64,000 nucleotides of DNA from an uncultured Acidimicrobiia bacterium (GCA_963720675.1 CAVRGH010000003.1:72087-136086); one strand, 5' to 3'; positions 46,980-57,348 are shown, counted from the stretch's first letter. Numbers and translations are program-made. Notes: a model not told the origin generated them from the sequence alone.

Positions 46980-47555
46980 TCAGCCGCCCTCGCCCGACTC
47001 GCCGCCCTCTCCACCTTCGCCGCCACCCTGGTCGATCTTGACCTGCGTCTTCTCCCAGGTGGCCTTCGCCCCCGAGTGCCCGATCTCGTAGACCCAGTAG
47101 GTCGCCAGCGCGCCGGAGACGATCGCCAGGGCGCAGAGCCCGAGCCCGACCCGACGGGCGGTGCCCGCAGTGACGGTGCGCCCGCCGTGCGCGGCTGCCT
47201 CCTCGACCTGCGTCTCGGCGGTGTGCTGCTTCGCCCACCAGTCCCACAGCATCACGGCGAGCGCGAAGCCGAACAGGAGCAGGGCCCACGGCCGCAGGTT
47301 CTCGCCCTGCTCGACGTGGCGCCGGACCAGCGCGGACTCGGGGACGTGCTCCTCGAGCGCCTGCCCGCTGCCGATCGCGAGCTGGGTGAACACCAGGCCC
47401 ACGAACGAGATCACGACCGTCGCCCAGCCGAACTTGGCGCGGAGCCCGGGCCAGAGCATCAGGACCGCGCCGATGGTCGCCAGCGGGACCAGCACGACGG
47501 GCACGTGCACGAAGAGGGGATGGGCGGGGAGCCCGAAGATGGACGTGATCTCCAC
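46980..47555 (-). CDS. DUF2231 membrane protein
   Basis: It reads FGLPAHPLFVHVPVVLVPLA, has 4 TM spans and ends in a GGEGGEGGESGEGG tail. Confidence 0.7.
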   Translation of the reverse strand: MEITSIFGLPAHPLFVHVPVVLVPLATIGAVLMLWPGLRAKFGWATVVISFVGLVFTQLAIGSGQALEEHVPESALVRRHVEQGENLRPWALLLFGFALAVMLWDWWAKQHTAETQVEEAAAHGGRTVTAGTARRVGLGLCALAIVSGALATYWVYEIGHSGAKATWEKTQVKIDQGGGEGGEGGESGEGG

Positions 47556-47699
47556 GGTGACCTCATGCTCTGGGGGGACGGCCGCCGTTGGACGGGCGTC
47601 TGGAGGGCGGGGCCCGAGTCAAGCCGACCGATTGCCAAGTTTCGTCCAACCTGTGTCCAGGCCGCGCCCAAGTCGCCCGGCGAGGCGGGCGGGAGGACG

Positions 47700-48893
47700 T
47701 CAGGGCCCGACGGGTGGGCTCGATGCCGGCTCGATGTGGGTTCGCCGGCGGAGCCGGTCGGCGAGGGCAGCGTGCACCAGCGCAGCGACGGCGAGCGCTG
47801 CGCTGGTGACTTCCACCCCGAGGCCGATCCGCCAGATCGCGATCCCGAGGAGGGCGACGACGAGCGCGGACCCCAGCCGGAGGAGCAACAGCGGGCGGTG
47901 GGGTACCCGACGTGTGCAGACGCCGAGCAACGCGAGCGCGAGGTACGCGCCCACCACCGGCCCGTCGCCGAGCAGCAGCCGGTCGCCGTCGACGGTGACG
48001 CCGTGGTTGAGCGGCAGGAGCTTCGCGAAGCCGACCGCGATCCCGACCAGGAACGTCTGGAGCAAGAGATGCCCGAGCAGCCAGCCGCGCATGCGCCCCG
48101 TGCTGCCCGGGAGCCCGGACCGTGGGATGTCGTCGAAGTACGCCCACCACATCGCGAACACGAGGAGGAAGAGCGCGACGAGCACCTCGAGGTCGAGCCC
48201 ATCGAGGCTGCCGTCCGCCGCGAGCAGCGAGACCTTCACGAACGACTCTCCGCACACGATGATCGTGAGGAGCCCGAGCCGCTCGACGAGGTGGCGCTCG
48301 TCGATCCCGACCTCGCCGGCGCGACGCCCGAAGCGATAGCCGAGTGCGGGCAGGACGATGACGAGCACGGCGATGCTCCAGCACACGTAGCGCCCGGGCC
48401 CGCCGACGAGCGTGGCGACGACCATGGGGACGACGGCGACGGCGTACTCGTTGCGCCGCTGGGCCGCGAACCGACGGAGCGCGGCGTCGGGCTCCTTGAC
48501 GGCCCCGATCCCTGCTCCGCGCGCGGTGCGCCCGTACATGATCGCGACGTCGGCGATGAGCAGGCCGTAGACGACCGAGACGAAGCCCTCGTGGAACTCG
48601 ACCCCGTCGCCGATCGCGAGCGCGGTCATGGTGAGCAGCACCATCTGGGCGAGGATCAGCGCGCGGTGCACGCCGTCGTCGGCCCGGAAGCGGTTGGCGA
48701 AGAACGTGGTCGCCAGCCAGATCCACCAGACGGCAGCGAACGCGGCGAACACGGTCGCGATGACGCGCGGCTCGGGATCGATGCTCACCGCGTCGCTGAA
48801 GGTGACGATCGCGGCGACGAAGACGAGGTCGTAGAACAGCTCGAGCCAGCTGACCCCGTTGGGTGCGCCGGTGTCGCCTTCCGGGATCGCCAT
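47700..48893 (-). CDS. Low temperature requirement protein A (LtrA) family membrane protein
   Basis: ATG 48893. It reads VSWLELFYDLVFVAAI...IWLATTFFANRF and is polytopic. Confidence 0.8.
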   Translation of the reverse strand: MAIPEGDTGAPNGVSWLELFYDLVFVAAIVTFSDAVSIDPEPRVIATVFAAFAAVWWIWLATTFFANRFRADDGVHRALILAQMVLLTMTALAIGDGVEFHEGFVSVVYGLLIADVAIMYGRTARGAGIGAVKEPDAALRRFAAQRRNEYAVAVVPMVVATLVGGPGRYVCWSIAVLVIVLPALGYRFGRRAGEVGIDERHLVERLGLLTIIVCGESFVKVSLLAADGSLDGLDLEVLVALFLLVFAMWWAYFDDIPRSGLPGSTGRMRGWLLGHLLLQTFLVGIAVGFAKLLPLNHGVTVDGDRLLLGDGPVVGAYLALALLGVCTRRVPHRPLLLLRLGSALVVALLGIAIWRIGLGVEVTSAALAVAALVHAALADRLRRRTHIEPASSPPVGP

Positions 48894-48998
48894 CGGGGCA
48901 GTCTCCCTGAAAGGCTCGCCGGACAACGGCGTTTCCCCTCGGCAGCCCGCTTCGGGGCCTGTTTCGGAGGGGACCACCCTGTTACTGTTGTTGCTCCT

Positions 48999-49778
48999 GT
49001 GATCAAGCACCTGCGGACCTCCCGCGCCCTGCGCGTCGCCCTCGCCACCGCCGCGGGCGCGGTGCTCCTCGCCGCGTGCATCCCGGCTCCGCCTCCGCCG
49101 CCGGCCGAGGTGTCGTGCAGCAACCCCTGGCGGGGCTACGTGGTCGCGAGCGACCACAACTACGCCGGGATCGGCGCGTACAACGGCAGCACCCGTTTCA
49201 TGTGCAAGCCGACGCCCAGCCAGGGCATCCGTGCCCACCTCCAGCACCTCCGCAACTACGCCGACCCGGCCTCCACGCCGTACAACCTCGGCCTGCCCTT
49301 CGAGCCGCGCCCGGGCTACACCGAGGCCAACTTCGGCACGTTCGTGTACCACGGGCAGGCCCCGCGCTGGATCGACCTCAACGGCCGCTGGGCGGTGCCG
49401 GGCACGACCTACGCGCAGACGTTCATCGGGATCTACAACCAGATGGGCGGGCCCCAGGTCGACGTCAACACCGTCACCATCATGGGGCCGAGCCAGCTCA
49501 CCGCCGCGCAGATGGCCGCGCACGTCTGCGCGGTCGGTCGGTGCGCGACGTGGAAGCCCGAGATCTCACCGCAGAGCATGGCGCAGCTCTACATCGACGA
49601 AGGCAAAGCGGTCGGTGTGCGCGGCGACATCGCGTTCGCCCAGTCGATCCTCGAGACCGGCTGGTTCTCGTGGCCGGGATCGCCCAGTGCGACTGCGCTC
49701 ACGCCATCGCTCGGCGGAGAGCCGGATCCCGTGATGGACGCGTACTTCGAGCTGCAGTCCGTCACCGCCCGGAACTGA
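48999..49778 (+). CDS. Lipoprotein with a glucosaminidase (mannosyl-glycoprotein endo-beta-N-acetylglucosaminidase-like) domain
   Basis: GTG 48999. The lipobox is LLAAC. The C-terminal region reads [29 protein letters not shown]. Confidence 0.65.
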   Translation: MIKHLRTSRALRVALATAAGAVLLAACIPAPPPPPAEVSCSNPWRGYVVASDHNYAGIGAYNGSTRFMCKPTPSQGIRAHLQHLRNYADPASTPYNLGLPFEPRPGYTEANFGTFVYHGQAPRWIDLNGRWAVPGTTYAQTFIGIYNQMGGPQVDVNTVTIMGPSQLTAAQMAAHVCAVGRCATWKPEISPQSMAQLYIDEGKAVGVRGDIAFAQSILETGWFSWPGSPSATALTPSLGGEPDPVMDAYFELQSVTARN

Positions 49779-49791
49779 GCCAGGCGAGGCG

Positions 49792-49810
49792 AGGCGCGTG
49801 CCCCGCGCCT
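49792..49810 (+). terminator. GC hairpin after the glucosaminidase gene
   Basis: The hairpin is AGGCGCG-TGCCC-CGCGCCT, 14 nt after the stop. There is no U-tract. Confidence 0.35.
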
Positions 49811-50011
49811 GGTAGGCTGGACGTCAGTTCACCGGTGAGCACTGTTGTCATGCCGGAAACCGAACGTACGCAACGGGCTAGCCGGCTTCTTCACGTCTCC
49901 AGGTTCGGTGGCACTCAGCCACGAACACCGGGTCAGCGTCACGAGGTTCGTCCCGCCCCTCGTGAGACCTGTCCCCCAGCCCGCACCATTCGCGGGCATC
50001 CCATTGGAGCT

Positions 50012-51153
50012 GTGAACTCAGTGTCACCCACCTTTGCCGATCTCGGCACTCCCGACGATCTCGTGCGCGCCCTCTCGGCGCGCGGGATCGATTCCCCCTT
50101 CCCCGTCCAGGCGATGACCCTGGCCGACGGGCTGGCCGGACGCGATGTCTGCGGCCGGGCCCCCACCGGCTCGGGCAAGACCCTCGCGTTCGGGATCCCG
50201 CTCGTCGCCCGCCTCGGACGGGCCAAGCCGCGCCGTCCGCTCGGCCTCGTGCTCGTCCCGACCCGTGAGCTCGCAGCGCAGGTCGCCGGCGAGCTCGAGT
50301 GGCTCGGCGGCCCTCGCAAGCTCCGCGTCGCCTCCGTCTACGGCGGGGTCGGCTACGGCGCACAGCGCAAGGCACTGCAGCGCGGCGTCGACGTCCTCGT
50401 GGCGTGTCCCGGTCGGCTCGCCGACCTGCTCGGCACCAAGGACGTCTCGCTCGACTCGATCCAGGTGGTCGTGCTCGACGAGGCCGACCGCATGGCCGAC
50501 ATGGGCTTCCTGCCCGCGGTCCGCAAGCTGCTCGACCTCACCCCCAAGGACCGCCAGACGCTGCTGTTCTCCGCAACGCTCGACGGCGTCGTCGACACGC
50601 TCGTGCGCCGCTACCAGCACGACCCGGTCAAGCACGAGCTCGCCGAGGACCCGGAGAACGCGGTCAACGCGACGCACCACTTCTGGAAGGCCGAGCGCGA
50701 CGACCGCCTGCGGATCACCGCCGACGTCGTGCACGCCACCGGTCCGACGATCGTGTTCTGTCGCACCAAGCGTGGCGCCGACCGGGTCGCGAAGCGCCTC
50801 GAGCAGGGCGGCCTCACCGCCGCCGCCATCCACGGCGACCGGTCGCAGGGCCAGCGCGACCGTGCGCTGCACGACTTCACCAATCGCAGGGTCGAGGCGC
50901 TCGTCGCCACCGACGTCGCCGCACGTGGCATCCACGTCGACGAGGTCGCGTGCGTCGTGCACTTCGATCCGCCGGCTGACGCGAAGGACTACACCCACCG
51001 ATCCGGGCGCACCGCGCGCGCCGGGTCGGCCGGGACCGTCGTCTCGCTCGTCGGCAACGAGCAGGCCCGTGACGTCGCCCGCCTCCAGCGCACGCTGGGG
51101 CTGCCGGTCGGCCTCATGGCACCGAGTCGCGACGCACTCACCTTGGTGGGTAG
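50012..51153 (+). CDS. DEAD-box ATP-dependent RNA helicase; 3' end unresolved (no in-frame stop before cspA)
   Basis: GTG 50012 follows GGAG. The Q motif is FPVQ. Other motifs are [18 protein letters not shown] (VLDEADRM), SAT and [10 protein letters not shown]. The frame stays open through to 51457. The first stop in any other frame is TAG 51151-51153. Confidence 0.8.
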
Positions 51154-51253
51154 CGTCACGCAGACAGATCGACCGTCAAGACGCGAAGCGCCTCGTCGGG
51201 AGAGCAAGCAAGAGCACCACCAACCAAAGCATCAGCACCAGAGGAGCAACACC

Positions 51254-51457
51254 ATGCCCACCCAAGGGACAGTCAAGTGGTTCAACGCCGAGAAGGGTTT
51301 CGGCTTCATCTCCCGTGAGGGCGCCGACGACGTGTTCGTGCACTTCTCGGCCATCGAGGGCACCGGCTACAAGTCCCTCGAGGAAGGCCAGCGCGTCGAG
51401 TTCGAGGTCGGCCCCGGTCGCAAGGGCGACGAGGCCCGCGACGTGAAGGTCATCTGA
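51254..51457 (+). CDS. cspA: Cold-shock protein (CspA family)
   Basis: AGGAG lies 7 nt upstream of ATG 51254. It reads [34 protein letters not shown] (RNP1/RNP2) and is 67 aa long. Confidence 0.95.
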   Translation: MPTQGTVKWFNAEKGFGFISREGADDVFVHFSAIEGTGYKSLEEGQRVEFEVGPGRKGDEARDVKVI

Positions 51458-51478
51458 ACCGATCTCACCGGGTTTCTT

Positions 51479-51515
51479 GGCACGCTGACCGGCGCTCTGC
51501 GCCGGTCAGCGTGCC
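51479..51515. terminator. Perfect 17-bp hairpin between convergent genes
   Basis: The hairpin is GGCACGCTGACCGGCGC-TCT-GCGCCGGTCAGCGTGCC. It lies 21 nt after the cspA stop and 30 nt after the convergent stop at 51546. Confidence 0.7.
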
Positions 51516-51545
51516 AGGTTCCCGAAGGCTTCCTCCGACGCGGCC

Positions 51546-52173
51546 TCAGGCGGCGTCGACGTGCGCGACGCGCCATGCAGCCGTCGCGGTATCGAGCTCG
51601 ACGAGTCGCTGCATCTCCGCGAACGTCGCCCGCAGCTCCTGGGTGAGTGAGCCTCGCGGATCGCTGCGCGTCAGCACCTGCAGCAGCACGCGGTAGCTGT
51701 CGAGCTGCTGGCTCGGCGGCGTGCTGAATCGTGCGAACGCGATGCTTCCGGCCCGACGCAGGTCGTGGACGAGCGCGGCGCAGCTCGCGCAACAGGTCGG
51801 CGGCGAACACGCGGCGGAGCGACGGGTTCTCGTCGTCCTCGAGCCGATGGATCCGCTCCTGCAGGTCGTCGCCGGCGCGTGCCTCGGCGCACGCGGCCAC
51901 GAGTCGTGCGGTCTTCTTCCCGAACTTCGCGCGCAGCTCCGCGACCGGTGCCTCGTCGGCCCCGATCGCGTCGAGCAGCATCGCCGCGATCGCCTCCCGC
52001 TCGGTACCCCCGTCCTCGAGCACCAGGGACGCGATCCCCAGCACCTGCCCGATCGAGGGCCGCGTCGTCGGGTCCGCGTCGGGCGCGGCCGCGTGGCGTG
52101 CGGTGGCCCACTCCGTCGCCGTGAAGAACCGCTTCGAGAGGTGGACGTCGTTCCCGTCGGCCTGAGCACTCAT
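51546..52173 (-). pseudogene. HD-superfamily-like hydrolase (tentative), one frame break
   Basis: MSAQADGNDVHLSKRFFTATEW...GTEREAIAAMLLDAIG...VFAADLLRELR continues as ALVHDLRRAGSIAFARF...ELRATFAEMQRLVELD in another frame (shift ~51780). Confidence 0.5.
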
Positions 52174-52218
52174 CGTGGCGAATGTAGCGAGCCCGCGCCG
52201 GTTCCGGCGGCTTTTGGC

Positions 52219-53046
52219 TCAGGCACCCCCGCCGCCGCGGTCGCGGCCACCGTCGCCGCCTCCCTCGACGGCGCGGATCGCGGCCCGGTCGCTGACGCCG
52301 GGCTCGCCGAGCCCGAGGCCTTCGGGCAGCTCGACGTGCAGCTCGTCGACCCCCTCGACCGATGCGGTGCCCTCCACGAGCGTGAGTCCGAGCACATGGC
52401 CGCCATGCTCGCGGTCGTCGGACAGGAAGTGGAGGTGGTAGCCGGGCACCTCCAGACCTGCGGTGGCATCCGGGAAGCGGAAGCCCACGAGGCTCCCGCT
52501 CGCCCCGTCCAGGTGCCACTCCGTCTGGTGGCGGGTCACCTCGGCGAGCGGCGGGTACGGCGGGCGTTGCGCCGCGACGCTGCGCAGGGTGAGGTCGGCG
52601 AACGCGCCGTCGACGCGCACTGCCTCGACCGGCTCCTCGCTGCCGGCGGCGAGCGCATCGAGTGCCGTGTGCAGCTCGAGCAGCCCGAGTGGCCCGACGA
52701 GGCGTGTCGCCGCGCTCGGATCGAACGGACAGAGCACGGCGAACGGCGTGCGCGTCTCGGGTGGCACCCGCCTGACCCGACCAGCGTGGTCGATCACCCA
52801 GCACTCGCCGTCGAGCACGACCATCTCGCCATCGAGGTGCTGGAGGGTGCCGATGCCGTGATCACCATGGGCCAGCAGCTCGCCGACGGTGATGTCGCCG
52901 TCGTAGCGGCCGTCCATGAGGGCGTCGAGCGTCCCCGCCTGCCACACCACGTGCTCGCGCGCGCGATCGTGCGCGAGTCCGGCGCGGTCGAGCGCGCGTA
53001 CGTGCAGCGCGCCGATCAGCCGGTGGTCGATGATCTCGATGGCCAC
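52219..53046 (-). CDS. budA: Alpha-acetolactate decarboxylase
   Basis: It reads QAGTLDALMDGRYDGDITVGELLAHGDHGIGTLQHLDGEMVVLDGECW, followed by GFRFP...GYHLHFLSDDREHGGHVL. Confidence 0.85.
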   Translation of the reverse strand: MAIEIIDHRLIGALHVRALDRAGLAHDRAREHVVWQAGTLDALMDGRYDGDITVGELLAHGDHGIGTLQHLDGEMVVLDGECWVIDHAGRVRRVPPETRTPFAVLCPFDPSAATRLVGPLGLLELHTALDALAAGSEEPVEAVRVDGAFADLTLRSVAAQRPPYPPLAEVTRHQTEWHLDGASGSLVGFRFPDATAGLEVPGYHLHFLSDDREHGGHVLGLTLVEGTASVEGVDELHVELPEGLGLGEPGVSDRAAIRAVEGGGDGGRDRGGGGA

Positions 53047-53055
53047 GACCCGACG

Positions 53056-53727
53056 CTAGGGCGTCTGGTCGCGGGGAGTGAGGTGCGCGGCGTCGAGGTT
53101 CGAGAGGGAGGCGAGCACGACGTCGGCGGTCTCGCTCACCGCGACCTCGTGACCCGGAGCGGGCACGGCCACGCACCACATGCCGGCGTTCTTGGCGGAC
53201 GTGGCCCCGGCAGGGGAGTCCTCGAGCGCCGTGGAGCGCCGGGCGTCCACGCCGAGGTCCTCGGCCGCAGCGAGGTAGACCGCGGGGTCCGGCTTCCCCT
53301 TCGGGAGGTGCTCGGCGGACACCACCACGCCGAACGCGTCGGCGACGCCCAGTCGGCCGAGCGCGGCCTCGATGATGCGCTTCGGTGACGACGATGCGAT
53401 CGCGAGCGGGACGCCGAGCTCCCCACTCACGGCGATGGCGTGGTCCGCGCCCGGCATCGCGACGCCGGACGTGGCGATCGCGGCGACGACTGCGTCGACG
53501 AGCTCCGCGGCGACGTCGGCCGGCGACGGCCCCGACCACGGGCGACGCCGATACCAGTGCTCCGCGACCTCGTCGACCCGCATGCCGATCGTGGTCGCGA
53601 GGTCCGCGTCGCTCAGCGCGATCCCGACTGCGCCGAACACCACCCGCTCCGACGCTGCCCAGAGCGGCTCGGAGTCGATGAGCAGACCGTCGAGATCGAA
53701 GACGATCGCGTCGGGCCCGTCCGTCAC
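53056..53727 (-). CDS. HAD-superfamily hydrolase (subfamily IA phosphatase)
   Basis: GTG 53727 overlaps the upstream stop. It reads AIVFDLDGLLIDSEPLW (DxD), then KGKPDP and ALEDSPAG. Confidence 0.8.
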   Translation of the reverse strand: MTDGPDAIVFDLDGLLIDSEPLWAASERVVFGAVGIALSDADLATTIGMRVDEVAEHWYRRRPWSGPSPADVAAELVDAVVAAIATSGVAMPGADHAIAVSGELGVPLAIASSSPKRIIEAALGRLGVADAFGVVVSAEHLPKGKPDPAVYLAAAEDLGVDARRSTALEDSPAGATSAKNAGMWCVAVPAPGHEVAVSETADVVLASLSNLDAAHLTPRDQTP

Positions 53728-54380
53728 TCGGGCGGGTCGAGCCCGACCATCTGACGGAAGTCCGACGTGGTGTTCGTGTTCGGGAAGGGTTCGTCGGGCA
53801 CGGAGACGTCGAGGAACGCGCAGAGCGGCTCCCACCCGTCGGCGACGTCGTAGACGAGCAGCGCATCTGTCGGGACCGAGTCGATGACGTCCTGCTCGTG
53901 GGCCGCCAGCATCGCGAGCGTGTGCTCACGGCTGAGGTCGCCGCCCAGCGTGCGCTCGAAGATGAGCGCGCGCGTCATCCGTGAGTGCGCGGCCATCACC
54001 GGGTCGTCCTCGTCCTCGATCGGGCGCTGGAGCGACTCGAGGATGGTCTTGCTGAAGCTGGCGTACCACGCGTCCGGGTCGCGACGGGTCAGCACGATCT
54101 TCGCGTCGGGGTTCGCGGCGCGCAGCTCCCGCCAGAACGTGCACGCGGGCCAGTCGCAGGTGGATCGGTACCCGTCGAGGAGGGTCGCCCAGTCGACCGC
54201 CTCACCCGCGATCGCCGCCGCCCAGGTCGCGACGTGATCGTCCTTCCCGAAGACCTCGAGCATGTGGTAGCAGGGCCCGAACCCGAGCTGCTCGAGTGCC
54301 TGCTTGAACGACAACGTGCCAGTGCGTCCCCACCCGGCACCGATCACCGCGAGCGTCACGGCGTCCTCCTCTCGACCCAC
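53724..54380 (-). CDS. Sulfotransferase family protein (Stf0-like)
   Basis: It reads AVIGAGWGRTGTLSFKQAL...KIVLTRRDPDAWYASF. The ORF is intact at 218 aa. Confidence 0.75.
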   Translation of the reverse strand: MGREEDAVTLAVIGAGWGRTGTLSFKQALEQLGFGPCYHMLEVFGKDDHVATWAAAIAGEAVDWATLLDGYRSTCDWPACTFWRELRAANPDAKIVLTRRDPDAWYASFSKTILESLQRPIEDEDDPVMAAHSRMTRALIFERTLGGDLSREHTLAMLAAHEQDVIDSVPTDALLVYDVADGWEPLCAFLDVSVPDEPFPNTNTTSDFRQMVGLDPPE

Positions 54381-54441
54381 GGACGCTACCGCCGTGCCGC
54401 GCCGATCGCTTCGGGACCGTCAGGGACCTAGCCTTGCCGCC

Positions 54442-55344
54442 ATGCGCATCGGGATCTTCGGCGGGGACACGGCAAACGGTCCGATCGACACGATCGTCGA
54501 CGCGGCGCGCGCAGCCGCCGACGACGGGTTCGCGTCGTACTGGCTGCCGCAGATCTTCGGGATGGACGCGCTCACGGCGCTCGCCGTCGTCGGCCGGGAG
54601 GTGCCGGGGATCGAGCTGGGCACCGCGGTCGTCCCCACCTACCCGCGGCATCCGGCGATGCTCGCCGCGCAGGCGATGACGACGCAGTCCATCATCGGTG
54701 GCCGGCTCGCGCTGGGCATCGGCCTGTCGCACCAGCTCGTCATCGAGTCGATGTTCGGGATGTCGTTCGAGAAGCCGGTGCGTCACATGCGCGAGTACCT
54801 CGAGATCCTCGTGCCGCTGGTGCAGACCGGTGGCGTCTCGTTCGCGGGCGAGACGCTCACCGGCCACGTCGGGCTCGACGTCAAGGGCGCGACCCCGTTC
54901 CCGGTCCTCGTCGCGGCGCTGGGCACCAAGATGCTCGAGCTCGCGGGCACGGTGGCGGACGGCACGGTCACGTGGATGACCGGGCCGGCGACGATCGAGT
55001 CGCACATCGTGCCCACGATCTCCGCTGCGGCGACCGCCGCGGGCCGTCCCGCTCCCCGCATCGGGGTGGGGCTCCCGGTGTGCGTCACCGACGACGAGGC
55101 CGCGGCCCGAGCGCGGGCCGGCGAGCTCTTCCAGATCTACGGCACCCTGCCGTCGTACCGGGCGATGCTCGACAAGGAGGGGGCCGGCGGGCCCTCCGAC
55201 GTGGCCATCGTCGGCGACGAGGCCTCGGTCAGGGCCCAGGTCGAGCACCTCGGTGCGGTGGGGACGACCGACTTCGTCGCCAACGTCTTCGGGTCCTCCG
55301 CCGAGCGCACCCGCACCCGCGAGCTGCTCCGAACCCTGCTCTAG
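54442..55344 (+). CDS. LLM-class (luciferase-like) F420-dependent oxidoreductase
   Basis: ATG 54442. It reads FASYWLPQIFGMDALTALAVVG...LGTAVVPTYPRHPAMLAAQA...LGIGLSH. Confidence 0.8.
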   Translation: MRIGIFGGDTANGPIDTIVDAARAAADDGFASYWLPQIFGMDALTALAVVGREVPGIELGTAVVPTYPRHPAMLAAQAMTTQSIIGGRLALGIGLSHQLVIESMFGMSFEKPVRHMREYLEILVPLVQTGGVSFAGETLTGHVGLDVKGATPFPVLVAALGTKMLELAGTVADGTVTWMTGPATIESHIVPTISAAATAAGRPAPRIGVGLPVCVTDDEAAARARAGELFQIYGTLPSYRAMLDKEGAGGPSDVAIVGDEASVRAQVEHLGAVGTTDFVANVFGSSAERTRTRELLRTLL

Positions 55345-55400
55345 AGGCGTTTTGGCGTCAGGAAGGGTGTCTCGGACACCCAATGCCGACGCCAGAACCC
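55345..55400 (+). repeat. Copy B of the ~55-nt nested-hairpin intergenic element
   Basis: It reads TTTGGCGTC-AGG-AAGGGTGT-CTCGG-ACACCCAAT-GCC-GACGCCAGAAC. It starts directly after the stop at 55342-55344. Its orientation relative to transcription matches copy A. Confidence 0.6.
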
Positions 55401-55448
55401 CTTCGAACACCGGTGTGCCCCGCTCCCAGGGTGGTGCGCGAAGAGCGG

Positions 55449-55454
55449 TAAACT
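55449..55454 (+). promoter_or_regulatory. Candidate -10 hexamer for typA
   Basis: TAAACT fits TANNNT and lies 35 nt upstream of GTG 55489. GGAAAGG sits 9 nt before the start. No convincing -35 was seen. Confidence 0.3.
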
Positions 55455-55488
55455 GGGTGTTCCCCGGCTCCACCGGAAAGGCCCTGCT

Positions 55489-57348
55489 GTGCGCGCGCGT
55501 GCCGACCTGCGGAACGTGGCGATCGTCGCCCACGTCGACCACGGAAAGACCACTCTCGTCGACGCCATGCTGCGTCAGACCGGGGCCTTCCGCGCCCATG
55601 AGGAAGTCGTGGACCGGGTCATGGACTCGACCGACCTCGAGCGCGAGAAGGGCATCACGATCCTCGCCAAGAACACGGCGGTCCGCTACGGCGACGTGAA
55701 GATCAACGTCGTCGACACGCCGGGCCACGCCGACTTCGGGGGCGAGGTGGAGCGTGGCCTCACCATGGTCGACGGCATCCTCTTGCTCGTCGATGCGAGC
55801 GAGGGTCCGCTCCCCCAGACCCGCTTCGTCCTCCGCAAGGCGCTCGAGGCGCGGCTCCCTGTCATCCTCGTCGTCAACAAGGTCGACCGCTCCGACGCCC
55901 GCGTCGCCGAGGTCGTGCACGAGGTGGAGGAGCTCTTCCTCGACCTCGACGCCGACGAGCACCAGATCGACTTCCCGATCGTCTACTGCAACGCCCGTGC
56001 CGGCCGAGCGTCGCTCGACGCTGCGGATCCCGACCTGCTCCTGCCCGAGTCGTCGCCCGAGGGCGGGCTCAAGCCGCTGCTCGAGCTGCTCCTCGAGCGC
56101 ATCCCCGCGCCCGAGTACGACCCCGACCATCCGCTGCAGGCACTCGTCACCAACCTCGACGCATCGCCCTACGTCGGTCGGCTCGCGCTCTGCCGCGTGC
56201 GCCACGGTGTGCTCCGCAAGGGCGAGCAGGTCGCGTGGTGCCGCGCCGACGGCACGATCGAGAACGTCAAGATCACCGAGCTGTACGTGACCGAGGCCCT
56301 CGACCGCGTCGACGCACAGGAGGCCGGCCCGGGCGAGATCTGCGCGATCGCCGGACTCCCGGAAGTCACCATCGGTGAGACGCTCGCCGATCCCGAGGAT
56401 CCTCGACCACTCCCGGTGATCCACGTCGACGCCCCGAGCCTGTCGATGACGATCGGGATCAACACGTCCCCGCTCGCCGGCCAGGACGGCTCCAAGCTCA
56501 CTGCGCGGATGGTCAAGAACCGGCTCGACGCCGAGCTCGTCGGCAACGTGTCGCTGCGCGTGCTCAACACCGACCGTCCCGACGCGTGGGAGGTCCAGGG
56601 CCGTGGCGAGCTCCAGCTCGCCGTGCTCGTCGAGATGATGCGTCGCGAGGGCTTCGAGCTCACGGTCGGCAAGCCCGAGGTCGTCACCCGCGAGGTGGAC
56701 GGCAAGATCCACGAGCCGGTCGAGCGCGTCGCCATCGACGTCCCCGAGGACTACCTCGGCGTCGTCACCCAGCTCCTCTCGATGCGCAAGGGTCGCCTCG
56801 AGCAGATGGTCAACCACGGCACCGGCTGGGTGCGGATGGAGTACCTCGTCGCCGCGCGCGGTCTCGTCGGGTTCCGCACCGAGTTCATGACCGAGACGCG
56901 TGGTACCGGGATCCTGCATCATGTGTTCGAGCGGTACGAGCCGTGGCACGGCGATCTCCGCACCCGACCGACCGGCAGCATGGTGTCCGACCGTCGTGGA
57001 CAGACCAACTCGTACGCGCTCATGAACCTGCAGGAGCGCGGGCAGATGCTCGTCGGCCCCGGGATCGAGGTCTACGAGGGGATGATCGTCGGGGAGAACG
57101 CCCGGTCCGATGACATGGACGTGAACCCCACGAAGGAGAAGAAGCTCACGAACCACCGTGCTTCGTCGGCCGACGAGATGGTGCGGCTCGTGCCGCCGCG
57201 CCCGATGTCACTCGAGCAGGCGCTCGAGTTCGTCGCATCCGACGAGTGCGCAGAAGTGACACCCGAGAACGTCAGGCTCCGCAAGACGGTGCTCGACGCG
57301 ACCATCCGCGGACGCGAGCGCGGGCGGGCGAAACCGCCGCGCCGCTGA
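55489..57348 (+). CDS. typA: Translational GTPase TypA/BipA
   Basis: The ORF is intact at 619 aa. It reads [36 protein letters not shown] and NKVDR. Confidence 0.95.
   Translation: MRARADLRNVAIVAHVDHGKTTLVDAMLRQTGAFRAHEEVVDRVMDSTDLEREKGITILAKNTAVRYGDVKINVVDTPGHADFGGEVERGLTMVDGILLLVDASEGPLPQTRFVLRKALEARLPVILVVNKVDRSDARVAEVVHEVEELFLDLDADEHQIDFPIVYCNARAGRASLDAADPDLLLPESSPEGGLKPLLELLLERIPAPEYDPDHPLQALVTNLDASPYVGRLALCRVRHGVLRKGEQVAWCRADGTIENVKITELYVTEALDRVDAQEAGPGEICAIAGLPEVTIGETLADPEDPRPLPVIHVDAPSLSMTIGINTSPLAGQDGSKLTARMVKNRLDAELVGNVSLRVLNTDRPDAWEVQGRGELQLAVLVEMMRREGFELTVGKPEVVTREVDGKIHEPVERVAIDVPEDYLGVVTQLLSMRKGRLEQMVNHGTGWVRMEYLVAARGLVGFRTEFMTETRGTGILHHVFERYEPWHGDLRTRPTGSMVSDRRGQTNSYALMNLQERGQMLVGPGIEVYEGMIVGENARSDDMDVNPTKEKKLTNHRASSADEMVRLVPPRPMSLEQALEFVASDECAEVTPENVRLRKTVLDATIRGRERGRAKPPRR

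Noticed and set aside
45834-49778. 1314-aa ORF on the plus strand, the longest in the track
   Set aside because: Only its last ~260 codons (from GTG 48999) look like a protein. The rest is Arg/Gly/Asp/Pro-rich and is the antisense or shadow frame of four well-supported minus-strand genes (amidohydrolase, DUF2231, LtrA). Stop codons are scarce at this GC content.
54202-57156. 984-aa minus-strand ORF
   Set aside because: It is antisense to the intact typA and LLM oxidoreductase genes. The translation is low-complexity and rich in Arg, Gly, Asp and Val, with no recognisable motif.
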